Positions 15,916 through 25,863 of a DNA stretch of 64,000 nucleotides are shown piece after piece. Source of the stretch: Candidatus Saccharimonadota bacterium. GTDB taxonomy: Bacteria; Patescibacteriota; Saccharimonadia; Saccharimonadales; UBA4665. The notes under the pieces were generated by a model that ran no database searches, had not been told where the DNA came from, and worked only from the letters and a program-made list of their open reading frames with translations. The translations under genes were made by a program, and so were the position numbers. Positions within the stretch are counted from its first letter, which is position 1. Every line of letters begins with the position of its first letter. The stretch is taken from assembly GCA_028286385.1 (NCBI GenBank), contig JAQBRQ010000041.1, forward strand, positions 826 through 64,825. Reading direction: 5' to 3'.

Positions 15916-17436
15916 TTACATTTCGTGCAGGACGGTGATGCGCGCACCGAGGCTGTTGAGGCGTTCGGCGAGATCTTCGTAGCCACGGTTGATGGTGTAG
16001 ACATTGCGTAGCATGCTAGTGCCAGGGGCGGCGAGCATACCAATAAGTAGCAGGCTGGCTGGTCGCAGCGCTGGTGGGCAGACAACATCGCTGACGGTAA
16101 AACGGGTAGGACCGGTAACATAGACGCGGTGCGGATCGGCTAATTCGACTTGGCCACCGATTTTGGTCAGCTCGGTGTAGTAAATTGCGCGGTTCTCGTA
16201 CATCCAGTCGTGGATAAGGGTTCGGCCCTTGGTGACTGCGGCAATCGGCACAAAGTAGGGCAGATTGTCGGCATTGAGGCCAGGGAAGGGCAGCGAGTGA
16301 ATCTTATCGGCCAGGGCGCGGAGCTTGCCGTCGTGCTTGTGGATTGTCAGGTCTACCAGATCAGTTTTACCGTTTTCGGCCTTGTAACGAGGTGTTTGGT
16401 CGACGCGCAGACCCATTTTTTCGAGCTTCAAAAGTTCGACGGTCATGAATTCAATCGGCACGCGCTTAATAGTGACCTTGGAATTAGTTGTGACGGCAGC
16501 CGAGGTAAAGAACATCGCTTCGATTGGGTCTTCACTCGGCGCGTAGGTAACGTTTTTTTTGATGTGCGGTACGCCAGTGACCGTCATGCGGGTGGTGCCA
16601 ACGCCGTCAACTTTAACGCCCAACTTTTGCAGGAAGAAACAGACTTCTTGGATTGCATAGTTGGCGCTGGCGAATTCAATAATAGTCTCTTCGGTAGTGC
16701 GGGCCGCGGCGAACAAAGCATTCTCGGTGACGGTATCCCCTGGTTCGTAGAGCGTGACTCGTCCCGGCGCTTTTTTGTCGACAACAATCTGGTAATGGCC
16801 TGATTTAGCGACAATACTAACACCAAAATTTTCGAGTGCATACAGGTGCGGTTCGACCGTTCGGCTACCCAATTTGCAGCCCCCCGCGTACGGGATTTTA
16901 AACTCGGCTTCGTCGTGCATGATCGAGCCGATCATCATAAGTACGCTGCGAGTTTTGCGAGCTGCTTGAGCGTTCAGGCGGTCTAGCTTGAGTTTTGCTG
17001 GACGGCGGATTTCGATGTCGTTGCCGGGCAGCCATTTAACGCTGACGCCCATGCTCTCCAGCACCTCAATGATACGGTAGACCTCTTCGATGCGCGGGAA
17101 GGCCTTAAAGGTTGTGATGCCGTAGTTCAGCAAGCTGGCGCAGAGTAGGCCAACGGCAGCATTCTTGCTGGTTTTAAGGGTGATTTCACCCTTTAGTTCG
17201 TGGCCGCCCTCGATGCGTAGGTTTGTGGCGCCGCCGCTGAGTGAAATAAGCTGTTTGTTAAGGACGTCACTGATGCGCCCGAGGGTTTCCAGGCTGAGGT
17301 TCTGGCGACCGTGTTCCATGCGGTTAACGGCCGATTGGCTGGTGCCAAGCTTTTTAGCAAATTCCGACTGAGTCAGTCCGCGATCTTGTCGTATTTGAGC
17401 AATCAAGCTGCCAATTTTTTCGTTTGTGGAAATCAT
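15916..17436 (-). CDS. murA: UDP-N-acetylglucosamine 1-carboxyvinyltransferase (MurA) with an N-terminal XRE-type helix-turn-helix domain
   Basis: Residues ~8-62 (IAQIRQDRGLTQSEFAKKLGTSQSAVNRMEHGRQNLSLETL) form a classic HTH_3 domain. The rest is MurA-like: LRIEGGHELKGEITLKTSKNAAVGLL, the active-site region YAGGCKLGSRTVEPH, and a C-terminal NRGYEDLAERLNSLGA. Confidence 0.85.
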   Translation of the reverse strand: MISTNEKIGSLIAQIRQDRGLTQSEFAKKLGTSQSAVNRMEHGRQNLSLETLGRISDVLNKQLISLSGGATNLRIEGGHELKGEITLKTSKNAAVGLLCASLLNYGITTFKAFPRIEEVYRIIEVLESMGVSVKWLPGNDIEIRRPAKLKLDRLNAQAARKTRSVLMMIGSIMHDEAEFKIPYAGGCKLGSRTVEPHLYALENFGVSIVAKSGHYQIVVDKKAPGRVTLYEPGDTVTENALFAAARTTEETIIEFASANYAIQEVCFFLQKLGVKVDGVGTTRMTVTGVPHIKKNVTYAPSEDPIEAMFFTSAAVTTNSKVTIKRVPIEFMTVELLKLEKMGLRVDQTPRYKAENGKTDLVDLTIHKHDGKLRALADKIHSLPFPGLNADNLPYFVPIAAVTKGRTLIHDWMYENRAIYYTELTKIGGQVELADPHRVYVTGPTRFTVSDVVCPPALRPASLLLIGMLAAPGTSMLRNVYTINRGYEDLAERLNSLGARITVLHEM

Positions 17437-17509
17437 TAGTGGACCAATTATATCATGTATGGCGTTAACCTTACAAGCCTCTTAAGCTAACTCTAGCCCA
17501 GTTGTTATA

Positions 17510-17758
17510 ATGAAATGTATGAATAGAGAAGAGTATAAAAAGTCGTTTCGCTCTTGGGCTAAGGCTCTGGTATGGCAGGTTGTGGCTCTTATCGTAACTC
17601 TTGCGTTATCGGAGCTGTCCAAGCCAGATTCATATGCCCCCGCGGTTGGAATAGTCGCAGTGCTATTCGGCTTTATTACCTTCTCGTTGCTGGCGCTTAT
17701 GGTAATTTCCGTCGTAATGTTAATTATTCGAGCTATGCAATACCGCGGATTATTGTAA
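17510..17758 (+). CDS. Small two-TM membrane protein, hypothetical
   Basis: Intergenic ORF with two clear hydrophobic helices. I recognise no family. Confidence 0.35.
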   Translation: MKCMNREEYKKSFRSWAKALVWQVVALIVTLALSELSKPDSYAPAVGIVAVLFGFITFSLLALMVISVVMLIIRAMQYRGLL

Positions 17759-17834
17759 TATAGCGTACAATAGAATCATGATTTAGCTACTTTCTTCGAT
17801 CACGCATACCAACAATTTTACGGGAGAATTACCA

Positions 17835-19112
17835 ATGCAGGACACGATAGTAGCACAACTTATTGCAGCTGAAGAACAGCGTCAACGCGAAGGGCTGGAA
17901 CTGATTCCGTCCGAAAATTACGTAACCCGCGACGTACTAACTGCCATGGGCAGCGTTTTTACTAATAAATATTCCGAGGGTTATCCGGGTAAGCGTTATT
18001 ACGGCGGCCAGGAAAATACCGACTTAGTAGAGCAGTTGGCGATCGATCGCGCCAAAGAGCTATTCAAAGCCGATCACGCCAACGTCCAGCCACATTCCGG
18101 CGCTCCGGCCAACGAAGCCGTCTACAGCGCCTGGTTAGAGCCTGGCGACACCGTACTAGCTATGGATCTTGGCCATGGCGGGCACTTAACTCATGGCGCG
18201 CCAGTCACTCGTTCTGCCAAACTGTACAATTTTATTCGTTACAAAATGAAAGACATTTCGACAGGCGAGATTGATTACGAAGAACTGGCTGAGCTGGCTC
18301 GCAAACACAAGCCAAAAATCATCTTGGCGGGCTTTAGCGCATATCCGCGCGAGTTGGATTACGCTAAATTTGCGGCGATTGGTAACGAAGTCGGCGCGCT
18401 CTTGATGGCTGATATGGCGCACATTGCCGGTTTGATCGTTGGTGGTGCCGCTAAGAACCCATTTGATTATGGCTTCCATGTCATCACGACCACTACGCAC
18501 AAAACGCTGCGTGGCCCCCGCGGCGGTTTAATTCTGTCGAAGGGAACAGTCGGTAATCCGCTCAAAGCACCCGAAAAAACTATCGAAAATATCCCAACGT
18601 TAATCGACCGTTCGATTTTCCCCGGTATGCAAGGCGGCCCGCACGAGCACATCATCGCCGCAAAGGCTGTCGCTTTTGGCGAAGCCTTGAAGCCGGAATT
18701 TAAACTCTACGCTCAGCAAATTTTGGTTAACGCGAACGCGCTGGCGGAAGCCTTGAAGGCCCGCGGTTTCCAGCTGCTGACCGGTGGTACCAGCAATCAC
18801 CTCATCCTGGCTGACGTCCAAAAAAGCTTTGGCATCGACGGTAAAATTGCCGAGGAAGCACTCGATAAGATCGGCCTAACACTCAACAAAAACGCCGTAG
18901 CCGATGATCCAAACCCGCCTTTCCGCCCAAGTGGTATTCGCCTTGGCACGCCAGCAATTACCACTCGAGGGCTCGTAGAAACAGACATGGAGCAGATTGC
19001 TGAGTGGATGAAACAAGCCATCGATAACAGGGAAGACGAAGCAGCGCTTAACAAGTTAAGAGACGAAGTTAAGGCCTTCGCTCTGCAATACCCACTTCCC
19101 AGCGACAGCTAG
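17835..19112 (+). CDS. glyA: Serine hydroxymethyltransferase
   Basis: Full-length SHMT pattern: LIPSENY, YSEGYPGKRYYGG, TTTTHKTLRGPRGG (PLP lysine). Confidence 0.95.
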   Translation: MQDTIVAQLIAAEEQRQREGLELIPSENYVTRDVLTAMGSVFTNKYSEGYPGKRYYGGQENTDLVEQLAIDRAKELFKADHANVQPHSGAPANEAVYSAWLEPGDTVLAMDLGHGGHLTHGAPVTRSAKLYNFIRYKMKDISTGEIDYEELAELARKHKPKIILAGFSAYPRELDYAKFAAIGNEVGALLMADMAHIAGLIVGGAAKNPFDYGFHVITTTTHKTLRGPRGGLILSKGTVGNPLKAPEKTIENIPTLIDRSIFPGMQGGPHEHIIAAKAVAFGEALKPEFKLYAQQILVNANALAEALKARGFQLLTGGTSNHLILADVQKSFGIDGKIAEEALDKIGLTLNKNAVADDPNPPFRPSGIRLGTPAITTRGLVETDMEQIAEWMKQAIDNREDEAALNKLRDEVKAFALQYPLPSDS

Positions 19113-20143
19113 GCGAGCGGGAATAGCTCGGGCTCTTGCTCGAGTGTAATGCCAAAATGGTCGTGGACTTCTGAAACGATTCGAGCTTTAAAAGCTAACA
19201 AATCGGCAGTAGTTTTAGCTTTTTCGTTGACCAGCACCAGTGGTTGAGCGGCCCAGGTTGCCATACCGGTGGCAGCATCGTGATAATCTTTAAAGCCGGC
19301 TTTGTCGATCAACCAAGCGGCCGGTAGTTTAACGCGGTCATTGTTTAGAGGCCAGCTTGGAATATCCGGGTGCAGCGAACGCAAATCAATCAGTTCGTTG
19401 GCGCTGATGATTGGGTTGGCGAAGAACGAGCCGGTATTATGCACGATGGCAGGGTCGGGCAAGCGGCTATTGCGAATGGCGATCACCGCTTGACGAACAT
19501 TCACCGGAGATAAATCGGTAATACTGTGTTCCTTAACATATGCAGCTAGTGATGCGTAGAGCGGCGGCTGGATCTGGCCTTTGGTAAGGTGCAGCGTGAT
19601 GGCCGTAATGTAGAAGCGGCCGCGATCAACTGTTTTGAAGCGGCTGGTGCGGTAGCCAAAGCCGCAGTCACTGGCCCGCATGGTTATAAAATCGCCGATT
19701 TTAGTGTCGAATACTTCGGCTGTTACCAAGGACCCAGAGATTTCTTGGCCGTAGGCACCGATGTTTTGCACCAATGTGGCACCGGTTGTGCCGGGGATCA
19801 GGCTGAGCGCCTCGATGCCGGTTAAGCCAGCCTGAGCGGCACGTTCCACTACGGTATCCCAGTTTTCGCCAGACCCGGCCGTTATATAGATGTTCTCGTC
19901 ATCTTCTTTGAACGTCTCGTAACGTTGAATATGATTGACGATGACCAGGCCCGGGAAGCCTTCATCGCGCCAGATAATATTGCTGCCGCCGCCAATCATC
20001 ACCACCGGTACTGATTGCGCCTGAGCCCAACTCAGTGCCTCTAGTAGATCCATTCGGCTTTCGATGGTTATCAAATGCGCCGCCCGCCCACCGAGGCCCA
20101 TCGTAGAGTAGTCGCTTAGGGCAACGTCGTGGAGTATGTTCAT
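19109..20143 (-). CDS. murB: UDP-N-acetylenolpyruvoylglucosamine reductase
   Basis: The FAD-binding N-terminus has LSDYSTMGLGGRAAHL and GGGSNI. A MurB-type C-terminal domain follows (GSFFANP, AAWLIDKAGFKD). Confidence 0.9.
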   Translation of the reverse strand: MNILHDVALSDYSTMGLGGRAAHLITIESRMDLLEALSWAQAQSVPVVMIGGGSNIIWRDEGFPGLVIVNHIQRYETFKEDDENIYITAGSGENWDTVVERAAQAGLTGIEALSLIPGTTGATLVQNIGAYGQEISGSLVTAEVFDTKIGDFITMRASDCGFGYRTSRFKTVDRGRFYITAITLHLTKGQIQPPLYASLAAYVKEHSITDLSPVNVRQAVIAIRNSRLPDPAIVHNTGSFFANPIISANELIDLRSLHPDIPSWPLNNDRVKLPAAWLIDKAGFKDYHDAATGMATWAAQPLVLVNEKAKTTADLLAFKARIVSEVHDHFGITLEQEPELFPLA

Positions 20144-20235
20144 ATGGCTCTATTATATAGCACGCGGTAATACTGAATAATTAGACTGCGCTTACGCTTG
20201 CACAGAGCAGTATGGTGGCGTTATTATGGAAGGGT

Positions 20236-20778
20236 ATGAGTGAGCAGCACACACCGTTTATCACTTTGGGCAATCATTTAAAGTATGTCCGCGAACAGTC
20301 TCACCAGAGCTTGTCTGAAGTTTCTGGTGCCGTCGAGATTGATGAACGCAGCCTGGAACGCATTGAAGCTGGCAAAGAGCGGCCGGCCGAAGACATCTTA
20401 TTATTGCTGATTAGCCACTTTGGCGTCCAAGACCGTGAAGCTGTTCAGCTCTGGGAGCTCGCCGACTACGATAGCGACGTGCCACAACAGATCAAAATCG
20501 ATAACGACAGCCAATTAATCGGTAAGCCGACCGTCATGGTCTTGGCTATGGACATGCGCACTATGTACAGCGATGGGTTAGAGGTCATCACCAATAACGC
20601 CGGGCTAACACTCAACTTTACCCAGATGATTACTCCGACCCAAGCTAACTCAGTCGCTAAAGTCGGTATGAGTTACGCTCAAGCAGAGGAAGTCCTCAGA
20701 ACATTGCAGCAAGCCTTGCTGCAGGCGCGCTACCAGGGTGGGCCAAAGGCCCTACCGCCTTCAACTGAACGTGATTAA
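20236..20778 (+). CDS. XRE-family HTH domain protein
   Basis: LGNHLKYVREQSHQSLSEVSGAVEIDERSLERIEAGKERP is an HTH_3-like segment. I chose the ATG at 20236 because GGAAGGG precedes it; the ORF track starts at 20212. Confidence 0.6.
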   Translation: MSEQHTPFITLGNHLKYVREQSHQSLSEVSGAVEIDERSLERIEAGKERPAEDILLLLISHFGVQDREAVQLWELADYDSDVPQQIKIDNDSQLIGKPTVMVLAMDMRTMYSDGLEVITNNAGLTLNFTQMITPTQANSVAKVGMSYAQAEEVLRTLQQALLQARYQGGPKALPPSTERD

Positions 20779-21133
20779 ACGCACGTACTAGCCATCTAAT
20801 ACTAGTATTCCAAAGCTACTGTCCATCTGTTATGAATGATATTTGGTGAGTTTGCTCACTAATCATAAAAACTGCTGTGTAAAATATCTTACAGCAACCG
20901 CCATGTGTGAAGCTTATTATTGCAAAATATTCATGTAAACAAAAAAAGGATGCACGCATTATGACTATCGAAAAAATGCTCCAAGACTTGCACGCGATGG
21001 CCCAGCATACTGCCGTTCAGCTGCCAAAGCCAAAGAAATAGACTCAAACGTTCCAGTCCGCATAACCGTAAGGATTAGTAAATCGCTCAGACAGGCCCTA
21101 TACTAGACCAATGGTAATTACCAGAAAGCATCC

Positions 21134-21673
21134 GTGGACTACGCAAGACTAGCCGCTACCCTGCAATCTACCTCATCCAAGCCTGCTTTATACGAGGCTA
21201 TTGTGAACGCTCCTTTTGAGGCGAAGGTGGAGACAGCCTTTTTATTCCTCGGTATTATTGTTCTTCTGGTAGTCGACAAAGAAAAGGGCACCATCAATCG
21301 CGTTGCGTTATCAAAAACCGAGTTAGCCGAAAATACTACGACCGTTTCTGTTAAAGAGTTCAAGAACATCAAAATTCCCGTCGATTACCAGGACAATATT
21401 ATCGCCAAAGCCATAAAAACTGGCGAGCCCCAGGAAACAACTGACTGGAAAGACTTGTTCGCACCGGATCTATCAGCTAAGGAAGCGCGCCTTAATCAAG
21501 CCAGCGGCGGTATCGCTTACAGCGCGGTCCACCCGTTGCTCGGTGTCTACGATGGCGCAGCGCTGATCTTCAGCTACTACCAGTACCGCCACGAAATCGG
21601 TGAACCGCAACACACCTTCATGAAGAAATACAGCGAGGTTGTGGCTAAAGCACTGGCTAAGTCCAAGAACTAG
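21134..21673 (+). CDS. Hypothetical protein
   Basis: Intact 179-codon ORF with a GTG start. I recognise no motif. Confidence 0.4.
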   Translation: MDYARLAATLQSTSSKPALYEAIVNAPFEAKVETAFLFLGIIVLLVVDKEKGTINRVALSKTELAENTTTVSVKEFKNIKIPVDYQDNIIAKAIKTGEPQETTDWKDLFAPDLSAKEARLNQASGGIAYSAVHPLLGVYDGAALIFSYYQYRHEIGEPQHTFMKKYSEVVAKALAKSKN

Positions 21674-23016
21674 GCGTGCTTGATAATATAGCCCATCGGG
21701 TAGGTCTCGTTGTTGACGAGCAGCCGGCCGCCAGCAATTGCCAGGTCTTCGCAGCGACTGCCCTTAAAGCGGAAGACTTCTTGCAGGCCTCGCTTTTCAA
21801 GGGCTGAATCGTAGACAAAGGTGCGATAGCGACCACGGTCATGCCAGTGAGCATACATTTTGAGACTCTCTATTGGCAACGGACGCTTTGCAGGGGGTAG
21901 GTAGGCGAAATCCTGAATGACAATAATGCCACCAGGACTTAATAACCGTTTGGCACGCTCGGTTATGCTATGCTTTTTTTCGTCTGGCATCTGGTGGAGC
22001 ATGGTCATGAGGCTGATCACATCGAAGGTTTTACCGGGGTGTTTTTCTGCGAACTGCGCAGCTCCAGTCTCATCACTTAGATCGGCGCGGGTAAATGTTA
22101 TGTTCGATGATTTCTCGGCGACCAGGCCGTTGAACTTCATCATGAACCGTGGATCCGATTGTTCGCCTGGCCTGAGTGATCCCCGGGCCCACTCAAGATT
22201 GCCCTGATCGTAGCCACTTCTACCATTGATCGTGTGATACACATCGTTCAGATCGACGCAGACAATATCGTTTAGCAATGATGTCTGACGGACTAATCGA
22301 TTGGCTTTATGCGTTAGCTGCTCATCCTTGGTTTTAAAGTTATTTCCAACGCGGTCAACCGATTTGAAGCCCAAAGGATAGACAGCTTTATGTGTCAGCT
22401 GCTGGGCGCCTTCCATAATGCCGGAACCGACATCGAGCCAGTCTATGCCATTTGGAAAGCGCTCAGCGAGCGACTGCATGATCAGCTCCAGGGGGCCATA
22501 GCGCTCAGCAATGTTTGTCTGTGCATTCCTATACTGCAGATTAAAGCTCAGCGCGTCGGTTGAGCGGTCTTTTTTGTAGGGGCTATATACGCTGCTGAGT
22601 GCCTGATTGACAAGATCAAAGTGTTTATTCCATGATTCTGGGGTGTCGAGGCCTTTAAAGCTAAATTTGTTGCGGTCGCCATTTGTTTGTTTTGAAGTTG
22701 TAAGGAAGGTAAAGATTGAAGCTCGAACATTATTGACCAAAAGTGACGGCGATACTGTCCCGTCTTCCCGTTTCATACGGAAATCAATCATGTCTTCAAT
22801 GGCGATCGAGAGCGGGCTAATCTCCGGTTCCTGAGACAGGCGTTCATAGAAGGCACTTGTTACGGCATCATCGCCGGGAGGGCGCTTGACTTGATCGAGT
22901 AATTCTTGATGAAAAGCTTCCTTAACAGGGAGCAGAAGTTCTCTATCCTGCGCCCCCCGCCACATGATTGATTCGCCCATCATTTCCATTACACTACATA
23001 TGCTTATCTCCCACAA
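21670..23016 (-). CDS. Class I SAM-dependent methyltransferase with an uncharacterised N-terminal region
   Basis: Motif I-like WLDVGSGIMEG and post-I/II blocks, with a late GGIIVIQDF strand. The exact start is uncertain. Confidence 0.6.
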   Translation of the reverse strand: MWEISICSVMEMMGESIMWRGAQDRELLLPVKEAFHQELLDQVKRPPGDDAVTSAFYERLSQEPEISPLSIAIEDMIDFRMKREDGTVSPSLLVNNVRASIFTFLTTSKQTNGDRNKFSFKGLDTPESWNKHFDLVNQALSSVYSPYKKDRSTDALSFNLQYRNAQTNIAERYGPLELIMQSLAERFPNGIDWLDVGSGIMEGAQQLTHKAVYPLGFKSVDRVGNNFKTKDEQLTHKANRLVRQTSLLNDIVCVDLNDVYHTINGRSGYDQGNLEWARGSLRPGEQSDPRFMMKFNGLVAEKSSNITFTRADLSDETGAAQFAEKHPGKTFDVISLMTMLHQMPDEKKHSITERAKRLLSPGGIIVIQDFAYLPPAKRPLPIESLKMYAHWHDRGRYRTFVYDSALEKRGLQEVFRFKGSRCEDLAIAGGRLLVNNETYPMGYIIKHA

Positions 23017-23068
23017 CTAACAGCAGGGCGGTGGTGAGCGATATCACGTCGTGCGTGAAAAGTGTGAC

Positions 23069-23905
23069 CTACGTGGCTGAAATGGTGCCAGCTGCCAGCA
23101 GCACTAGCAGGATAACGCCGAGAACCAGGCGGTACGCGATAAAGACACTATATGTGTGTTTCGCGATAAACTTCAGCAACCAGCCGATCGAAAGGTAAGC
23201 TACGATAAAGCTAATAACGGTGGCGACGATGGTTGGTCCCCAGCCCACGCCAGCAGAGATATCACCGGACTTGCTAACAGTCTCGAGCAGCCCGGCTGCC
23301 AGCAGCGCCGGGATTGATAAGAAGAATGATAGGCGGGTAACGGTGACGCGGTCCAGGCCCCGGAACAAACCGGCCGACATGGTGGCGCCAGAACGCGACA
23401 CGCCGGGGATGAGGGCTAAGCACTGAGTCGCGCCAATAATAAGTGTATCCTTCCAGGTTACATTAGCTTCGTGACGAGTTTGCTTGGCGGTTTTATCGGC
23501 CAGCCACATGACGCCGCTCCAGGCAATCAGGGCGATGCCAACCAGCCATAGGCTGCGCAAGTTATGCTCGATCTGATCTTTAAAGAGCAGGCCAATAATC
23601 CCGATTGGAATTGAGCCAATAATAACTGCCCAGCCGAATCGATAGTCTTTGGTTGTGCGCTTTTTACTGTCAAGCATGCCGGCAATCCAGCCCGTAACAA
23701 TCTGCCATAAATCTTTTCGAAAGTAGAGCAGTGTGGCTAGTATTGCGCCGATCTGAATAATGGCCGTAAAGGCCGTAATGTCGGCACTATTAATTGAGTA
23801 GCCAAGCACTTTTTCGGCAATTGTTAAGTGTGCGGTGCTAGAGACTGGTAAGAATTCGGTGATTCCTTCAATGATTCCCAAGATAATTGCGTCGAGTATT
23901 CCCAT
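23069..23905 (-). CDS. uppP: Undecaprenyl-diphosphate phosphatase
   Basis: The BacA/UppP N-terminus ILGIIEGITEFLPVSSTAHL and the PGVSRSGATM block are present. Confidence 0.9.
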   Translation of the reverse strand: MGILDAIILGIIEGITEFLPVSSTAHLTIAEKVLGYSINSADITAFTAIIQIGAILATLLYFRKDLWQIVTGWIAGMLDSKKRTTKDYRFGWAVIIGSIPIGIIGLLFKDQIEHNLRSLWLVGIALIAWSGVMWLADKTAKQTRHEANVTWKDTLIIGATQCLALIPGVSRSGATMSAGLFRGLDRVTVTRLSFFLSIPALLAAGLLETVSKSGDISAGVGWGPTIVATVISFIVAYLSIGWLLKFIAKHTYSVFIAYRLVLGVILLVLLAAGTISAT

Positions 23906-23937
23906 CCAAACAGTTTATCATCATATATACTGTACGC

Positions 23938-24738
23938 ATGCTTCAGTTAGCTCAGATCGCCGAATCTACATCAATTGCTGTTGAGCGCTCCAGTGCTGAA
24001 TATGAACTTGCTGACGGTGCTAGCACCAGGCTTCATGTTGTCAGCTATGCTAGAGAAGCAGTTATTCCACGTCTGGTGCAATTTGATGAGCTAACACCTT
24101 TACTCACATGGTGTGAGCAGGCAGGCCAGTTAGAAGCCATAGTCGGCAGTTTTTTCTTGCGTAGATCGAGCCAGCTTCTTGGTGATATGTGGATCAAAGG
24201 GCAACAGGTTGACTCAGTACCGTTTACTGCGCCGTGGAACGAGTCGCGTGGCAGTCTTAGTGTTTCGGCTGACGGCGTCATGGCCGTTGGCCCGCGCTCT
24301 AAATTCCCAGCACAGCCAAGCGGTGATTTGCTGCAAGCCGGACCGCTCCTAACCCATAAAGGCGTCTCCTTGCTGCTAGATGGCGATAATCCAGAAGGCT
24401 TTTCCAGCGCTTCCGACCAATTTGATAGCGATATAACCGTTGGACGCTACCCGCGAGCCGCGATTGGCCTAAGCGAAACACACATCTACAGCGTTGTTTG
24501 TGATGGCTACGGCAGTCATGAACCGGTGACTAATGATGCGGGTTTGAGCTTGCCGGAACTCGCAACAGTGATGGTTGAGCTCGGTGCCGAGGAATCACTT
24601 AACCTGGATGGCGGCGGTTCATCAACCCAAATTAGTGACGGTGTACTCCGGAATAATCCGCGTGGTGATGGTGGAGAGTATAAAGAAGGCCGGGGCATAC
24701 TTTCGGCCATTGTGTTTGAGCCCCGATTAAGCTTATAA
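23938..24738 (+). CDS. Phosphodiester glycosidase family (DUF2233/NAGPA-like) protein
   Basis: RAAIGLSETHIYSVVCDG...GLSLPELATVMVELGAEESLNLDGGGSST is the family signature. I prefer the ATG at 23938 over the track start at 23887, which overlaps uppP. Confidence 0.7.
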   Translation: MLQLAQIAESTSIAVERSSAEYELADGASTRLHVVSYAREAVIPRLVQFDELTPLLTWCEQAGQLEAIVGSFFLRRSSQLLGDMWIKGQQVDSVPFTAPWNESRGSLSVSADGVMAVGPRSKFPAQPSGDLLQAGPLLTHKGVSLLLDGDNPEGFSSASDQFDSDITVGRYPRAAIGLSETHIYSVVCDGYGSHEPVTNDAGLSLPELATVMVELGAEESLNLDGGGSSTQISDGVLRNNPRGDGGEYKEGRGILSAIVFEPRLSL

Positions 24739-25662
24739 CTCTTCGATTTGCTGTAGATTCTTGGCGCCTTTGAAAATCAAGACGTACCCGATAGCTATAA
24801 GCAGTAATAAAAGATAGATTACCAACAACATTAACGCCAGGCTTAATTCTCCAAGTTGTGAAGACAGTGACTGAATGCAGCGGAGTACAATAGTTGCTAG
24901 CACAACGCCGGCAATGCCGCGGGCTAAATTGTTGAGTGCGGCTTTGTACAAGGTACCTTTAACACGATTGCGGTATAGGTAGAGATACTGCACGGCTTTG
25001 GCACCAAAGAACCACATAATGAGGCGCGGGATTACCAAAGAAATGATAATCAGCCAATCGGGTAAGTAGTACGATGCAATAGTTGTTGAGTCGGTTGCGG
25101 CGTGGCGCGCCGGGTCTTCGAGTACCAAAAACACATAGAGCGCCGAAAAACATATAAAAACCAGGTTGACCGTTTGCGAAAGCGAGGCAGCAGTTGTTTT
25201 TATGAGTGGCAGCAGTTTTCTGGCCCCCCTGTACATTTGTATAAAAGCAGGAAAGAGTAGGGCGATATTTACGTAATTGATAGCGATAATCAAGGTTGCG
25301 GTAGACGAAGGATGGTCACGGTAATAATGAGCAGCCAAAATCGAACTAACAGCAGAAACAGGTAGCCATAGTGCCAGCATTAGCAATCCTTGCGACATGG
25401 TCATGAAAGCTGTTCCATCGCGGCTACCACGGATAGTTTCGGCGTAGGAGTTGAAGCGCAGATAACCAATCAATGCGATAAACCAGATAATAACGTAGGG
25501 CAGAGCAATCGTCAGGATCAGAGCGACCGCCTGAGCAGCAGTAAGGTGGTACTTTTCCAGGGCAACTTTGTCCGGTTCAGTAAGCGCAGTTAGCGCCAAG
25601 TACACAGCGGATAATACAAGAAATACAGCGCTCACCAGCTTGTATCTGAGCATTAACCGCAC
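24733..25662 (-). CDS. Polytopic integral membrane protein, hypothetical
   Basis: About 8 hydrophobic helices. No family recognised. Confidence 0.5.
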   Translation of the reverse strand: MRLMLRYKLVSAVFLVLSAVYLALTALTEPDKVALEKYHLTAAQAVALILTIALPYVIIWFIALIGYLRFNSYAETIRGSRDGTAFMTMSQGLLMLALWLPVSAVSSILAAHYYRDHPSSTATLIIAINYVNIALLFPAFIQMYRGARKLLPLIKTTAASLSQTVNLVFICFSALYVFLVLEDPARHAATDSTTIASYYLPDWLIIISLVIPRLIMWFFGAKAVQYLYLYRNRVKGTLYKAALNNLARGIAGVVLATIVLRCIQSLSSQLGELSLALMLLVIYLLLLLIAIGYVLIFKGAKNLQQIEEL

Positions 25663-25749
25663 GTGCCGCTCCTTTTATACATTCAGGCAGGATTATAACC
25701 CGTAAGGATTTTGTTGTCACGTAAAACGCTTACATACAAATTATAATCG

Positions 25750-25826
25750 TGGTGCACCCGGTAGGACTCGAACCTACGACCCTCTGTTCCGAAGACAGAT
25801 GCTCTAATCCACTGAGCTACGGGTGC
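25750..25826 (-). tRNA. tRNA-Arg (anticodon TCG)
   Basis: Acceptor GCACCCG/CGGGTGC, D GCTC/GAGC, anticodon stem TCTGT/ACAGA with loop CTTCGGA, T arm GTAGG-TTCGAGT-CCTAC, encoded CCA. Confidence 0.9.
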
Positions 25827-25863
25827 TTGATACCGTATACTAGTCTAACAGATAACAGAAAAG

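Noticed and set aside
16150-16803. Long antisense ORFs inside confident genes, for example 16150-16803 (217 aa, opposite murA), 60627-61214 (195 aa, opposite pgk), 55820-56395, 13367-13846, 48030-48509, 7397-7834 and 63412-63988 (opposite pcrA).
   Set aside because: These are shadow ORFs on the strand opposite strongly supported coding regions. They have no motifs, a low-complexity or Arg/Ser/Ala-rich composition, and no SD sequences.
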